A stretch of DNA of 49,837 nt from an uncultured Devosia sp. (GTDB taxonomy: Bacteria; Pseudomonadota; Alphaproteobacteria; Rhizobiales; Devosiaceae): the NCBI GenBank assembly GCA_963975335.1, contig CAXBHD010000001.1:1-49837 (forward strand), in the 5' to 3' direction. Every line of letters starts with the position of its first letter. Position 1 is the first letter of the stretch. Positions 1 through 8,718 of this stretch are shown piece after piece. The position numbers and the translations under genes are program-made. The notes beneath the pieces were generated by a model that saw nothing but the letters and a program-made list of their open reading frames with translations, was not told the origin of the DNA and made no database searches.

Positions 1-1
1 G

Positions 2-415
2 CCGACTTTGGGGCTCGACATCACCTATCGCAAGCGCTTCTACCGCCGCCTGCTCGAAGACTATATGACCGAGGAGCGCACCCTGCTGATCACCACCCAT
101 CAGGTGGACGAGATCGAGTTCATGCTCTCCGACATCATGTTCATTCGCGATGGCGATCTCGTGCTGCATATGCAGATGGAAACCGTCAACGACAAGTTCG
201 CCCAGCTCGTGATCACCGACCCCGCCCGGCTGGCGCCCGCCCGCGCTCTGCGCCCGGTCTTTGAGGAAACCCGCTTCGGCCAGACCGTGATGATCTTTGA
301 CGGTGTCGACCGCGCTTTGCTCGCGCCCTTGGGCGCGGTCTCCACGCCCACCCTCAGCGACCTTTTCGTGGCGCTGATGCAGCGGCCCACGGCCAATCCG
401 GAGACCGCCCGATGA
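2..415 (+). CDS. ABC transporter ATP-binding protein, C-terminal part (5' end outside window)
   Basis: Reads PTLGLD (D-loop after Walker B) and LLITTHQ (H-loop); overlaps the downstream permease by ATGA. Confidence 0.9.
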   Translation, partial: PTLGLDITYRKRFYRRLLEDYMTEERTLLITTHQVDEIEFMLSDIMFIRDGDLVLHMQMETVNDKFAQLVITDPARLAPARALRPVFEETRFGQTVMIFDGVDRALLAPLGAVSTPTLSDLFVALMQRPTANPETAR

Positions 416-1329
416 AGGCCTTTACTGCGCTGGTCCATCGCGAACTGCTCGAGCATCGCGGCGCCTTTCTCACCGGGCCGCTGCTGCTGCTCGGGCTGAT
501 CTTCGGCCTCGTCATCCTGGCCTTCACCGTTGGCCGGGTCGATGTGCACCTGTCGGGCGCCGTGCTCACCGTGGTGCCGCTGGTCGTCTATGAGCTGGGC
601 TTTCTGGGGCTCGGTTTTGGCTGGGCACTCTATCTGGCCGCGACACTGTTCTTTTATGGCGCCGATGGCTTTGCCGCCGACAAGCGCAACAATGCCATGC
701 TGTTCTGGAAATCCATGCCGGTCAGCGATTTCAAGGTGCTGCTCAGCAAGCTGGTCGCGGCCATAACCCTGCTCCCGCTCACCGTTTTCGGTGTCGTCCT
801 GCTCAGCGGCGTGCTGCTATTTGCCGTGGCTTTCGTCACCATGCTGATCAATGGCACGGCCGGCTTCGGTGCCCTGGGGGATATCGTTGCCATTTATGGG
901 CAGGTCGCCCTGGCCCTGTTCTCCGTGCTGGTCGCGGGCCTGCTCTGGTATCTGCCCTTCATCGCTCTGGTTGGCGCCATTGCCACCATAGTCGGGCGCT
1001 GGGCCATTCCCATTGCCCTGCTGCTGCCCACCATCGTCTCGGCGCTCGAATGGGTTACCCTGGGTGGCCTGCATCCCTTTGCCACGCGCACCTGGGACTT
1101 CATGCAATACCGCACGGCGCCGCCGACGACCGATTATGCCGATAGCTGGATCGCCAGCCTGGGCAACCGGTTCGAGCCCAATGTGGCTGCCGCACGCTTT
1201 GATGGCCTGGCCTTTGCCGGCGATCTGCTGGGCCGGCTGGATTGGACGCAGGTGGCCATAGGCGGTGTCTTTGCCCTGGCCGCCATCTACCTGGCCAGCG
1301 AATATCGCCGCCGCGTCAACGACAACTAG
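412..1329 (+). CDS. ABC-2-type permease / multi-pass membrane protein
   Basis: About 6 hydrophobic segments, DKRNNAMLFWKSMPVS motif typical of ABC-2 permeases, coupled to the ATPase. Confidence 0.85.
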   Translation: MKAFTALVHRELLEHRGAFLTGPLLLLGLIFGLVILAFTVGRVDVHLSGAVLTVVPLVVYELGFLGLGFGWALYLAATLFFYGADGFAADKRNNAMLFWKSMPVSDFKVLLSKLVAAITLLPLTVFGVVLLSGVLLFAVAFVTMLINGTAGFGALGDIVAIYGQVALALFSVLVAGLLWYLPFIALVGAIATIVGRWAIPIALLLPTIVSALEWVTLGGLHPFATRTWDFMQYRTAPPTTDYADSWIASLGNRFEPNVAAARFDGLAFAGDLLGRLDWTQVAIGGVFALAAIYLASEYRRRVNDN

Positions 1330-1347
1330 CCCTGCCGACCAACCATG

Positions 1348-1376
1348 CCGCCACCCCGCCCCGCGCGGGGTGGCGG
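1348..1376 (+). terminator. GC-rich hairpin after the ABC operon (possible terminator or stabiliser)
   Basis: 12-bp perfect stem CCGCCACCCCGC / GCGGGGTGGCGG; no U-tract. Confidence 0.35.
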
Positions 1377-1463
1377 GCCCGGGCCGGCCGCCGCCGGAAC
1401 GTTCACTGCAGCCAGCCGTTGAGTTCGGAGCCCATAGTCGGGCAAGAACCAATGGAGCCTGCC

Positions 1464-1877
1464 ATGACCGAGTCAAAGACCATTCCCCAGCAGACCCTTG
1501 TCGTGGTGGCCGATGGGCATCGGGCCGTGCTGTTCCGCACCCATGGCGTCAACGATGCCATGACCCTGACCGAGGAGCGGCAGCTGACGCCGCAGAACCT
1601 GGCCGCTGAAGGCCCCTCCGGCTCGCGCCCGGAAGAGCAGAGCCCGCGCCAGACCGATGAGGCCACCTTTGCCAAGCAGCTGGCGGCCGAGCTCTTCACC
1701 CTCAAACAGGCCAACAAGTTCGAGCATATGGTGCTGGCCGCCGATCCGCAGACCCTGGGCCAGCTGCGCAGCGCGCTGCACAAGACCGTCGAGGCCTCGA
1801 TTGCCCTGACGCTCGACAAGGAACTGACCAATCACAGCGCTGGCGATATCGCCACCATCATCCGCAACGCCGCCTGA
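1464..1877 (+). CDS. Host attachment family protein (baeRF12/AtsE-like)
   Basis: VVVADGHRAVLF, EATFAKQLA, LAADPQTLGQLR, LDKELTN motifs; GGAG RBS before ATG 1464. Confidence 0.8.
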   Translation: MTESKTIPQQTLVVVADGHRAVLFRTHGVNDAMTLTEERQLTPQNLAAEGPSGSRPEEQSPRQTDEATFAKQLAAELFTLKQANKFEHMVLAADPQTLGQLRSALHKTVEASIALTLDKELTNHSAGDIATIIRNAA

Positions 1878-1915
1878 TCGGCAGCACCGCTTGTTGGGCA
1901 GCCATCAGACCATCC

Positions 1916-2165
1916 TGTAACGCGACAGTTCGGATGACTCTGGGACTAGGTGGGATTTGGCGGGAAATGGCGGGATTTGGCCGCATGCGACAGTTCGGAT
2001 GACTCTTTCGACGTCGTCGCGCGCAGGCCCAACTGCGGAGTCCCGGGCTTCCGCGCCCCAAGGGGGGAACTAGACAGCTCGATGGAGTGGTCAGTTCCGC
2101 CCTCAAAAAGGCCCGCAAAACTGGGATTCAAGGCGCCAACGCACCTTCTGAGGGGGGAACTGGTC
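1916..2165 (+). repeat. Left end (attL) with putative transposase-binding repeats
   Basis: 5'-TGTAAC start; exact 20-bp direct repeat GCGACAGTTCGGATGACTCT at 1922-1941 and 1987-2006; AGGGGGGAACT at 2061 and 2151; three 10-bp tandem units YGGGAWWTGG at 1951-1980. Confidence 0.7.
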
Positions 2166-2176
2166 CCTGCGGCCAG

Positions 2177-3037
2177 TTAGCATTTGGAGAGGGAGAATAC
2201 CGCTGTCCCCAGCACGGGCAGCGGGTCGTCCACATCGATGACCTCGACGGGCCAGGCCGGGTTGACATGCACGAGCTCGGTCTTGCCAGACAGGCGCACA
2301 ACGGTACGCCGCAGCTGGATTTCACCACCGATATCCATGGCGTATACGGCGCCCTGGCGCGGGGCGCGGTCGGTCGTATCGATGATGACCACGGAACCGG
2401 GCGAAAAGTCGGTACCGCCTTCGTCGCCTTCTATGGTCATGATCCGCAAGCCGTCCGCGGTATAGCCGTGACCGGACAGAAAGACGGTGGACAGGGCGAC
2501 CGGGCCGGGCTCGGCAGTCTGGAGGCGGCTGGTGCCGATGACGCGGACCGTCAGCCGCAATGGTGCGATGAGGGCATAACCCTCTGGGGCCGACTCGTGG
2601 CGAAAGGCGGTGCCGGAATCGGCCACGCCGCTACCCGTCAGCTGAGCGATCTGATCCTCCACCTCGAGCCGGCGCTGCGCAATCAGCAACTGACGACTCT
2701 CACGTCGCGCCGCGGAGGATGGCAGTGCAAAATCCCGAGCGGCGATGTCGAAGCGCTTTTCTTCGCATTCGGCGTCGCGGGCGGTGGTGGGTGTCCCTCT
2801 GACCAGATAGTCGAGCGACACCCTGGTGCCCTGGGCAATGGCGTCGATTCGGTCCATGGGCATGGCGCTGCCGCGCTTGAGAGCCATCTTATAGGCAGTG
2901 CCCTCGATCCCAGCGATCCGGATCAGTTCGGCCTGCGTGCCGACGAGTTCCTCCAGCGCGCGAAGCCGCTCTGTCGGCGTGCTGTGACCCCAATGAAAAT
3001 CAAAGGCTTGCTCAGCCCAATCGTCATTATCGGTCAC
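2177..3037 (-). CDS. Phage repressor (XRE HTH + degenerate S24 domain)
   Basis: HTH region ending VSLDYLVRG; S24-like C-terminus (IEGD...VIID...GAVYA...NPAW); divergent from ner; GTG 3037 after AAGGAAAAGG chosen as start (ORF is open to 3103). Confidence 0.8.
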   Translation of the reverse strand: MTDNDDWAEQAFDFHWGHSTPTERLRALEELVGTQAELIRIAGIEGTAYKMALKRGSAMPMDRIDAIAQGTRVSLDYLVRGTPTTARDAECEEKRFDIAARDFALPSSAARRESRQLLIAQRRLEVEDQIAQLTGSGVADSGTAFRHESAPEGYALIAPLRLTVRVIGTSRLQTAEPGPVALSTVFLSGHGYTADGLRIMTIEGDEGGTDFSPGSVVIIDTTDRAPRQGAVYAMDIGGEIQLRRTVVRLSGKTELVHVNPAWPVEVIDVDDPLPVLGTAVFSLSKC

Positions 3038-3117
3038 AATTGTGACCTTTTCCTTGACATTCACACCCCGTATCCGCTTATTAGTCACAAATGTGACCTC
3101 CAATCACAAAAGTGACC
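3032..3117. promoter_or_regulatory. Three palindromic operators and a TTGACA -35 box in the repressor/ner switch
   Basis: GGTCACAATTGTGACC 3032-3047 (perfect), AGTCACAAATGTGACC 3083-3098, AATCACAAAAGTGACC 3102-3117; TTGACA 3054-3059. Confidence 0.8.
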
Positions 3118-3118
3118 C

Positions 3119-3433
3119 ATGTCAGCACTCAAGAACACGCACCCTGCTGATGTTGTTGCGGAGCTGCGCAAACGCGGCACCTCGCTCAGCCTGGTTGCGG
3201 AGAGACTGACGATGCATCCCAGCACTGTCAGCCATGCTTTGCGACGCTGTATTCCCTCTGCCAACCGGGAAATCGCCAAACTGCTTGATACCACGACCCA
3301 CAGACTGTGGCCGGAGTGGTTCGACGCCAAGGGGCAGCGGCACGCATTACATTCCGCGCCTAGTAGCCATAAAGCCGGGGCGCGGAAAAGCCAAAACTTG
3401 CGATCGCTGCTGGACGGGGGTGACCGGTCATGA
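3119..3433 (+). CDS. ner: Ner/Nlp-like DNA-binding protein
   Basis: HPADVVAELRKRGTSL...IAKLL...LWPEWF; position between repressor and transposase. Confidence 0.9.
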   Translation: MSALKNTHPADVVAELRKRGTSLSLVAERLTMHPSTVSHALRRCIPSANREIAKLLDTTTHRLWPEWFDAKGQRHALHSAPSSHKAGARKSQNLRSLLDGGDRS

Positions 3434-3573
3434 CGGTTGTACTGTCCAGAAGACGCGCGGGTTCGGACAATATCTCGCGTCGGCCCCCGGCACTCGACAC
3501 GCGGCAACTGCACGCTCAGAGCCTGGACGAGGACGAGATCATCGTCTTCGTCAGGACGCGGGGGCTGGTCTGA
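3430..3573 (+). CDS. Small hypothetical protein (47 aa), not in the ORF track
   Basis: ATG overlaps the ner stop (ATGA) and its TGA overlaps the next ATG (TGATG). Confidence 0.5.
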   Translation: MTVVLSRRRAGSDNISRRPPALDTRQLHAQSLDEDEIIVFVRTRGLV

Positions 3574-4022
3574 TGGTCCGGATCAGAGGGGGCGCCATCG
3601 GCGACCTGATGGATTTCCAACTGCCCGAAATTGCCGAGCGACCGGCCGTCCCCATCCAGGGCAATACGATCAGCAGCCAGGTGGCGCGGGCCATCAAGCT
3701 GGCCCTGGATGAAAGCCTGCAGAGCCGCGCCGATATTGCCGCGCGCATGAGCGAACGGCTGGGAACGCCCGTCTCCAAGACGATGCTGGATGCCTATGCA
3801 TCCGAGGGCAAGCCACACACCATTCCCCTCGACCGCTTCATCGCCCTGGTGGAGGTCACTGGCCGACGCGAATTGCTGGGATTTCTGGCTGAGCGCATGG
3901 GCCTGATCGCTGTCGACAAGCGCTATGAGGCGCTGATCAGCCTGCAACTGCTGCGTGAACACCAGGAGCAGATTGATCACCAGCGCAGGGCGCTTGAGCT
4001 GCGCTGGAAGGCAAGCTCGTGA
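3573..4022 (+). CDS. Phage regulatory / DNA-transposition-associated hypothetical protein
   Basis: SRADIAARMSERLG.VSKTMLDAYAS motif recalled from genes upstream of MuA in alphaproteobacterial Mu-like phages; coupled to transposase by GTGA. Confidence 0.65.
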   Translation: MVRIRGGAIGDLMDFQLPEIAERPAVPIQGNTISSQVARAIKLALDESLQSRADIAARMSERLGTPVSKTMLDAYASEGKPHTIPLDRFIALVEVTGRRELLGFLAERMGLIAVDKRYEALISLQLLREHQEQIDHQRRALELRWKASS

Positions 4023-6205
4023 CGGCGACTATGAAAATGTGGTTCACGACGGGCGAGTTGGCCGACCTGGCCCTTGCCGGTGACCTCGCAGGCCTGCCCA
4101 CCACCCGCCGCGGCGTCCGGAAGCTGGCCGAGCGCGAACAATGGCAGTTGCGCCATGGCCTTGCTCGACGCCGCGCCGGTCGTGACGGCGGCGGCGGTCT
4201 TGAGTATCACATCGACCTGTTGCCGCTGCCCGCGCGGCTGGCCTATGCGGCCAAGGTCGTCACCGCACTGCCCGCGCCTGCGCCATCCACGCCGGCCGAT
4301 GACGGCCTGACCGGATCGGCGCGCCGGCTGCGCGACGCGCGCCTGGTCCTGGTCGGCATTGCCGATCGCCTCAAGCTGCAGTCCGAACTGAGCGTCATTG
4401 CCGCCGATACCTATCTGGCCGGGCTATACAATGGCGGGGATCTGCAGGTGCCCCCCTGGGTACGCCAGACGGTCAGATCCATCAGCGCCCCAACATTGGC
4501 GCGCTGGCGCAGGGCGAGGCGGACCGATGAACGGCAACTGGGTGTCGACGCCGCCAGGAATCGGGCCGGTACCGGTGTGCTGGACAGTGCCGAACAGGGC
4601 GCGGTCAAAACGCTGGTCCTGGCTGCCCTGGCCAAGCAACCCCTGACCAAGGCCGAGGCCATCAGGGATCTGGTGGCGGCCCGGTTTCCGCAGGGATTGA
4701 CCCTGCGCAATGGCCGGCTCGTCCCGGTGCCCGCCGTGCGTGCTTTCCAGCGCGCACTGCAAGACTGGAAAAACGTCTACCGCAACGAGCTGTCCAAGTT
4801 GGTCGACCCGGATGGCTATCGCAGCAAGTTTGAATTTGTCGCCACCGGCACCCAGCGCGCTGACCGGCTTAACGAAGTCTGGCAGATCGACGCCAGTCCG
4901 CTCGATGCCATTACCACCGAGGGCCGGCGCCCGACCATCTATGCCGCTATCGACGTCTTCTCGCGGCGCTGCATCATTCTGGTCACGCAAACACCGCGCG
5001 CTTCCGCCGTCGGCCTGCTGATCCGCAAATGCCTGCTGGCCTGGGGCGTCCCGGAGCGGATCAAGACCGACAATGGCAGTGACTTCACCGCCCATGCCAC
5101 CCAGCGCCTGCTGCATGGCCTTGGCATCGAGATCGAGCTGTCACCACCCTACACCCCGCGTGCCAAGGCGATCGTCGAGCGGGTGATCGGCACTTTCCAG
5201 CGCGACTTCGTCGCGCGACTGCCTGGCTTTGTCGGGCATTCGGTTGCCGACCGTCGGGTGATCGAGAACCGCAAGGCCTTTTCCCGGCGCCTCGGTGAGG
5301 ACGACGCCCATCTGTTCGACGCCGATATGAGCGACGCCGACCTCCAGGACTATGCCGACGCCTGGGCCGAGCAGACCTATCTGCACACCGCTCATGATGG
5401 GCTGGGCGGCATGACGCCCTTTGCCAAGGCCGCCAGCTTTGCCGGCGATATTCGTCGTCTCGAAAATGCGGCCGCGCTCGATCTGCTGCTGGCGCCCGTG
5501 GTCGGTGGCGACGGCCGGCGCAAGGTCACCAAGACCGGCATCCGCGTGAATGGCGAAAACTACCTGATCGGCACGGTCATGCCAGGCGACCAGGTGTTCT
5601 GCCGGCATGATCCGGCCGACCTCGGCCGCCTCTACGTCTATGCCCTCGACCAGGAACAGTTTCTTGGGCATGCCGTTTGCCCGGCGCTGCGCGGTCTGGA
5701 CCCGGTTGCCGTGGCCAGCCAGGTCAAGGCGCATCAGAAGGCGTTTCTTGAAGGTAATCTCAAACCCATCCGCGCCGCCATGCGCCGCATTGGCCCGCGC
5801 GACATTGTCGATGCGCAGCGACAGGCCGGTCAGAGCAAAGCGGGTGCCCTGGTCGCCTTTGAGCGGCCGGGCAGCACGCACGACACCGCCGCACTGCGCG
5901 CCGCCAGTCAGGCCGGTGCTGACCCTGTACCGGCGCCGCTGAGCGACAAGCTGGCGCAGCGGCATGCCGAACTGCAGGCCCGCCCCATGCAGCTTTCCCT
6001 GACCATGCCGACCAATGTGCGCCGCCTGCGCCAGAGCGAGACGCGCGAACAGCGCTTCGCCCGCGCCTTGGCGATCGATGCCCGGCTGACGGCGGGCGAG
6101 CCGGTAACGCCCGAAGAGGCACGCTGGCTGGGCGGGTATCAGTCAGATCCTGAATTCACGGCCATGGAAAGGATGCGCAGGAGAGCGGAAGCGGCAGGGC
6201 AGTGA
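4019..6205 (+). CDS. MuA-like DDE transposase
   Basis: N-terminal Mu-type HTH (AEREQW...GGGLEYHI); catalytic WQIDASP, IKTDNGSDF, KAIVER; Mu transposase C-terminal RHDPADLG. Confidence 0.95.
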   Translation: MTATMKMWFTTGELADLALAGDLAGLPTTRRGVRKLAEREQWQLRHGLARRRAGRDGGGGLEYHIDLLPLPARLAYAAKVVTALPAPAPSTPADDGLTGSARRLRDARLVLVGIADRLKLQSELSVIAADTYLAGLYNGGDLQVPPWVRQTVRSISAPTLARWRRARRTDERQLGVDAARNRAGTGVLDSAEQGAVKTLVLAALAKQPLTKAEAIRDLVAARFPQGLTLRNGRLVPVPAVRAFQRALQDWKNVYRNELSKLVDPDGYRSKFEFVATGTQRADRLNEVWQIDASPLDAITTEGRRPTIYAAIDVFSRRCIILVTQTPRASAVGLLIRKCLLAWGVPERIKTDNGSDFTAHATQRLLHGLGIEIELSPPYTPRAKAIVERVIGTFQRDFVARLPGFVGHSVADRRVIENRKAFSRRLGEDDAHLFDADMSDADLQDYADAWAEQTYLHTAHDGLGGMTPFAKAASFAGDIRRLENAAALDLLLAPVVGGDGRRKVTKTGIRVNGENYLIGTVMPGDQVFCRHDPADLGRLYVYALDQEQFLGHAVCPALRGLDPVAVASQVKAHQKAFLEGNLKPIRAAMRRIGPRDIVDAQRQAGQSKAGALVAFERPGSTHDTAALRAASQAGADPVPAPLSDKLAQRHAELQARPMQLSLTMPTNVRRLRQSETREQRFARALAIDARLTAGEPVTPEEARWLGGYQSDPEFTAMERMRRRAEAAGQ

Positions 6206-6272
6206 CCCCTGCAGCGCCCGGTTTGCGGAGCCGGGCGGACACGCAGTGAACGGTCGAAGAGGACGTTTTTTT

Positions 6273-7013
6273 ATGAATTTTCCCACGACGCCTACAATAG
6301 CGGTTCTCAAGAATGTCACCGCAGCCATGGTGCTGCTGGAAACACTGAAAGCCCGGCCAACCGGTTTGCCCGGCCTGGGCGTCATGTCGGGGCCGTCCGG
6401 CTTCGGCAAGACCATAGCCTGCCAATATGCACAAAATGAGCTGGGGGCGATCTATGTCGAAGCCCGTAATTACTGGAGCCGCAAGACCTTCTGCGAGCAG
6501 CTGCTGATCGAACTTGGGGTCAACCGGCCGCGGGGCACCATTGCCCAACTGATGAATGAAATCATCGCCATCATCGGCAATGATCCCGATCGCCCTTTGA
6601 TCATCGACGAGGCTGACGTCCTGGTTGATATCAAGGCGATCGAGCTGGTCCGCGACCTCTACGAGACCACCCAGGTGCCGATCCTGCTGGTCGGTGAAGA
6701 GCTGCTGCCGCAAAAGCTGGCCGCTTTCGAGCGGGTACATAACCGGGTGCTCGACTGGGTGCTGGCCGAACCCTGCGATGCCGAGGACACGGTCGCTCTC
6801 GCCGCCATTATCTGCCCCGGGCTCTCCCTGTCGCGTGACTTGCTGGAACAGGTGCGCCAGCAGGCCGAAGGCCGCGCGCGCCGTATCGTGGTCACACTGC
6901 ACGAAATCGCACAATTCGCGCTGCGCGAAGGCACAAGCAGCCTTGATGCCCGCAGCTATGGCGGCAGGCTATTTACGGGCGCGGCGCCACGACGTCATGC
7001 GCGGGTGTCGTGA
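6273..7013 (+). CDS. MuB-like AAA+ ATPase
   Basis: Walker A GPSGFGKT, Walker B IIDEAD; directly follows MuA. Confidence 0.92.
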   Translation: MNFPTTPTIAVLKNVTAAMVLLETLKARPTGLPGLGVMSGPSGFGKTIACQYAQNELGAIYVEARNYWSRKTFCEQLLIELGVNRPRGTIAQLMNEIIAIIGNDPDRPLIIDEADVLVDIKAIELVRDLYETTQVPILLVGEELLPQKLAAFERVHNRVLDWVLAEPCDAEDTVALAAIICPGLSLSRDLLEQVRQQAEGRARRIVVTLHEIAQFALREGTSSLDARSYGGRLFTGAAPRRHARVS

Positions 7014-7597
7014 TGGCCATCCGTCTCAATGTCCGGCTCGCCAAAGGCGAAACCGCGCCCAGCACAAACGAACTGCTGGCTGCCACGCTGATGGGCCTGG
7101 TTGAGGTCGGTCAGCATTTTACCGCCGGCGAATTGCGTCGCGCCGCACAATTGACCCAACAGGGTGCAACCAATCGTTTCCTTCGACACCTTAGAGCCGA
7201 AGGAGTGGTTACTGGAGCCCCACGGGCCGGACGCTATCGACTGGCAAAGCCTGTTCCAGCGGTTTTGCCACGCACTGTCGACGGCGTTTCTAACCAGGCT
7301 CACCAGCACGTCTGGAATGTACTGCGTGGATCGCAAGGACGCAGCGGTATCAGCCGGAGCGATCTGCGCCTCTTGGCGTCAACGGAAAGCCTGGCCCTTG
7401 ATGAGAGTATCGACTTCTATCTGACAGCGCTTGTGGACTGTGGAATTCTGCGCGAGGACGAAAAAGGACTGCGGCTCTTGCCCGTCCACAATACGGGGCC
7501 GCTGCCGCCGCGCATCTATCGGGCCATCGTCCCTGTGGACGCCAATCGACGCGCCGTGTGCGTCGCGGAGACTTTGGCCCAGGAGGTGACGCGGTGA
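7010..7597 (+). CDS. Hypothetical early protein (probable tandem winged-HTH)
   Basis: Coupled ORF; QHVWNVLR and NTGPLPP motifs recalled from Mu-like genes after B. Confidence 0.65.
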   Translation: MMAIRLNVRLAKGETAPSTNELLAATLMGLVEVGQHFTAGELRRAAQLTQQGATNRFLRHLRAEGVVTGAPRAGRYRLAKPVPAVLPRTVDGVSNQAHQHVWNVLRGSQGRSGISRSDLRLLASTESLALDESIDFYLTALVDCGILREDEKGLRLLPVHNTGPLPPRIYRAIVPVDANRRAVCVAETLAQEVTR

Positions 7598-8007
7598 ACC
7601 GGGGGCCCGCGCCGGGCACCCGGTCAGAGCAGCGTAGCTTTGTCGAGAAGGCCATGTTGGCATGGGGCGAGCCCTGCCCGCCCTGGGTGGTCGCCCTGGC
7701 CGAGCTGGCCGATAGCCGGCGGCTGAAGGCTGCCGGCGAAGCCATCGGCTATTCAGGCAGTCTTGTCTCTACCGTGCTGTCCAACGCGTATCAGGGCGAC
7801 ATCGACAAGGTGCGCCAGAAGGTCATGGGGGCGCTGATGGGCGAGACCGTGCAATGCCCTGGCCTTGGTCACACGATGAGCCGCAAGACGTGCCTCGACT
7901 GGCAGGACAAGCCTCGGGCGAGCACCAGCTCGCTGCGGTCGAGAATGTACCGGGCCTGCCGGAACAACTGCCCCAACTTCCGCAGGGGAGGCAGCGATGG
8001 GCAATAG
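7594..8007 (+). CDS. Putative HTH transcriptional regulator with Cys-rich C-terminus
   Basis: AWG..P.WV..LA, IGYSGSLVSTVL, CPGLG...C...C..C; GGAGG RBS; GTGA overlap. Confidence 0.7.
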   Translation: MNRGPAPGTRSEQRSFVEKAMLAWGEPCPPWVVALAELADSRRLKAAGEAIGYSGSLVSTVLSNAYQGDIDKVRQKVMGALMGETVQCPGLGHTMSRKTCLDWQDKPRASTSSLRSRMYRACRNNCPNFRRGGSDGQ

Positions 8008-8380
8008 GTTCAACGCCGACCTGGCCGCGCTGCAGGATCTGCTGCGCGAGGTGATGTCGACCTGGCGCTATCATCGGACCGGCGTCAGGCCGATCCGTGA
8101 CGCCAAGGCCTTCGAGGACATGCTGGTGTCGGCCAGCTTTGCCCTTGCAGAAGCGCGGCTCAATATCCTGGCCTATCAGCGCGAAACCGACCGCCTGCAG
8201 GTCGACGCTCAGCAGCAGCTCGACCACAGTGCGGCGGTGTTGCGCGAGACGGTGAGCCTGTTCGATCGCCTGTTAGGGGCGCCGGCGCCGCCGATCGTCC
8301 CCAGCAAGATCCTGGTCTTTACCGGCAGCTATCGGCCGGTCCCCGCCAACGACGTTCCTGCGCCAGGCGGTGCCGCATGA
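7997..8380 (+). CDS. Hypothetical early protein
   Basis: GGAGG RBS; overlaps both neighbours. Confidence 0.6.
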   Translation: MGNRFNADLAALQDLLREVMSTWRYHRTGVRPIRDAKAFEDMLVSASFALAEARLNILAYQRETDRLQVDAQQQLDHSAAVLRETVSLFDRLLGAPAPPIVPSKILVFTGSYRPVPANDVPAPGGAA

Positions 8381-8718
8381 CCGGGACCGACCCAATCGAC
8401 CAGATCGACGCCCTGGTGGTGGCGCGGCGCATCCTGACGCAACCGCGCACCTTCCGGCTGTCCACCCATGAAACGCTTGCCCTGGCCGGCTGCCTGCTTG
8501 GGCTCGACCAGATCATCGACGAGCTGGAGACCCGACCCGCTCCGGCAACCAACCCCGCTTCAGTCCAACCGGCAACCAATGCCCGGCTGGCAGCGGCGAT
8601 CGCCCGTTTCGTCAAACAGCACGAGGCCGCGCTCCGGAAAGGCGCGATCGCCGACAGCAGTATCGAGGCTTTTCACGCCCTTAAAACCGTCTTTGAAGAG
8701 GAGTTTCCCCATGCCTGA
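8377..8718 (+). CDS. Hypothetical early protein
   Basis: ATGA-coupled ORF in the early operon. Confidence 0.55.
   Translation: MTGTDPIDQIDALVVARRILTQPRTFRLSTHETLALAGCLLGLDQIIDELETRPAPATNPASVQPATNARLAAAIARFVKQHEAALRKGAIADSSIEAFHALKTVFEEEFPHA

Noticed and set aside
1922-2006. Two identical 20-bp repeats with a 45-bp spacer as a mini-CRISPR
   Set aside because: Only two short, non-palindromic units, no cas operon, and they sit at the prophage end where transposase sites are expected
2087-3115. 342-aa plus-strand ORF
   Set aside because: Antisense shadow of the repressor with no recognisable motifs
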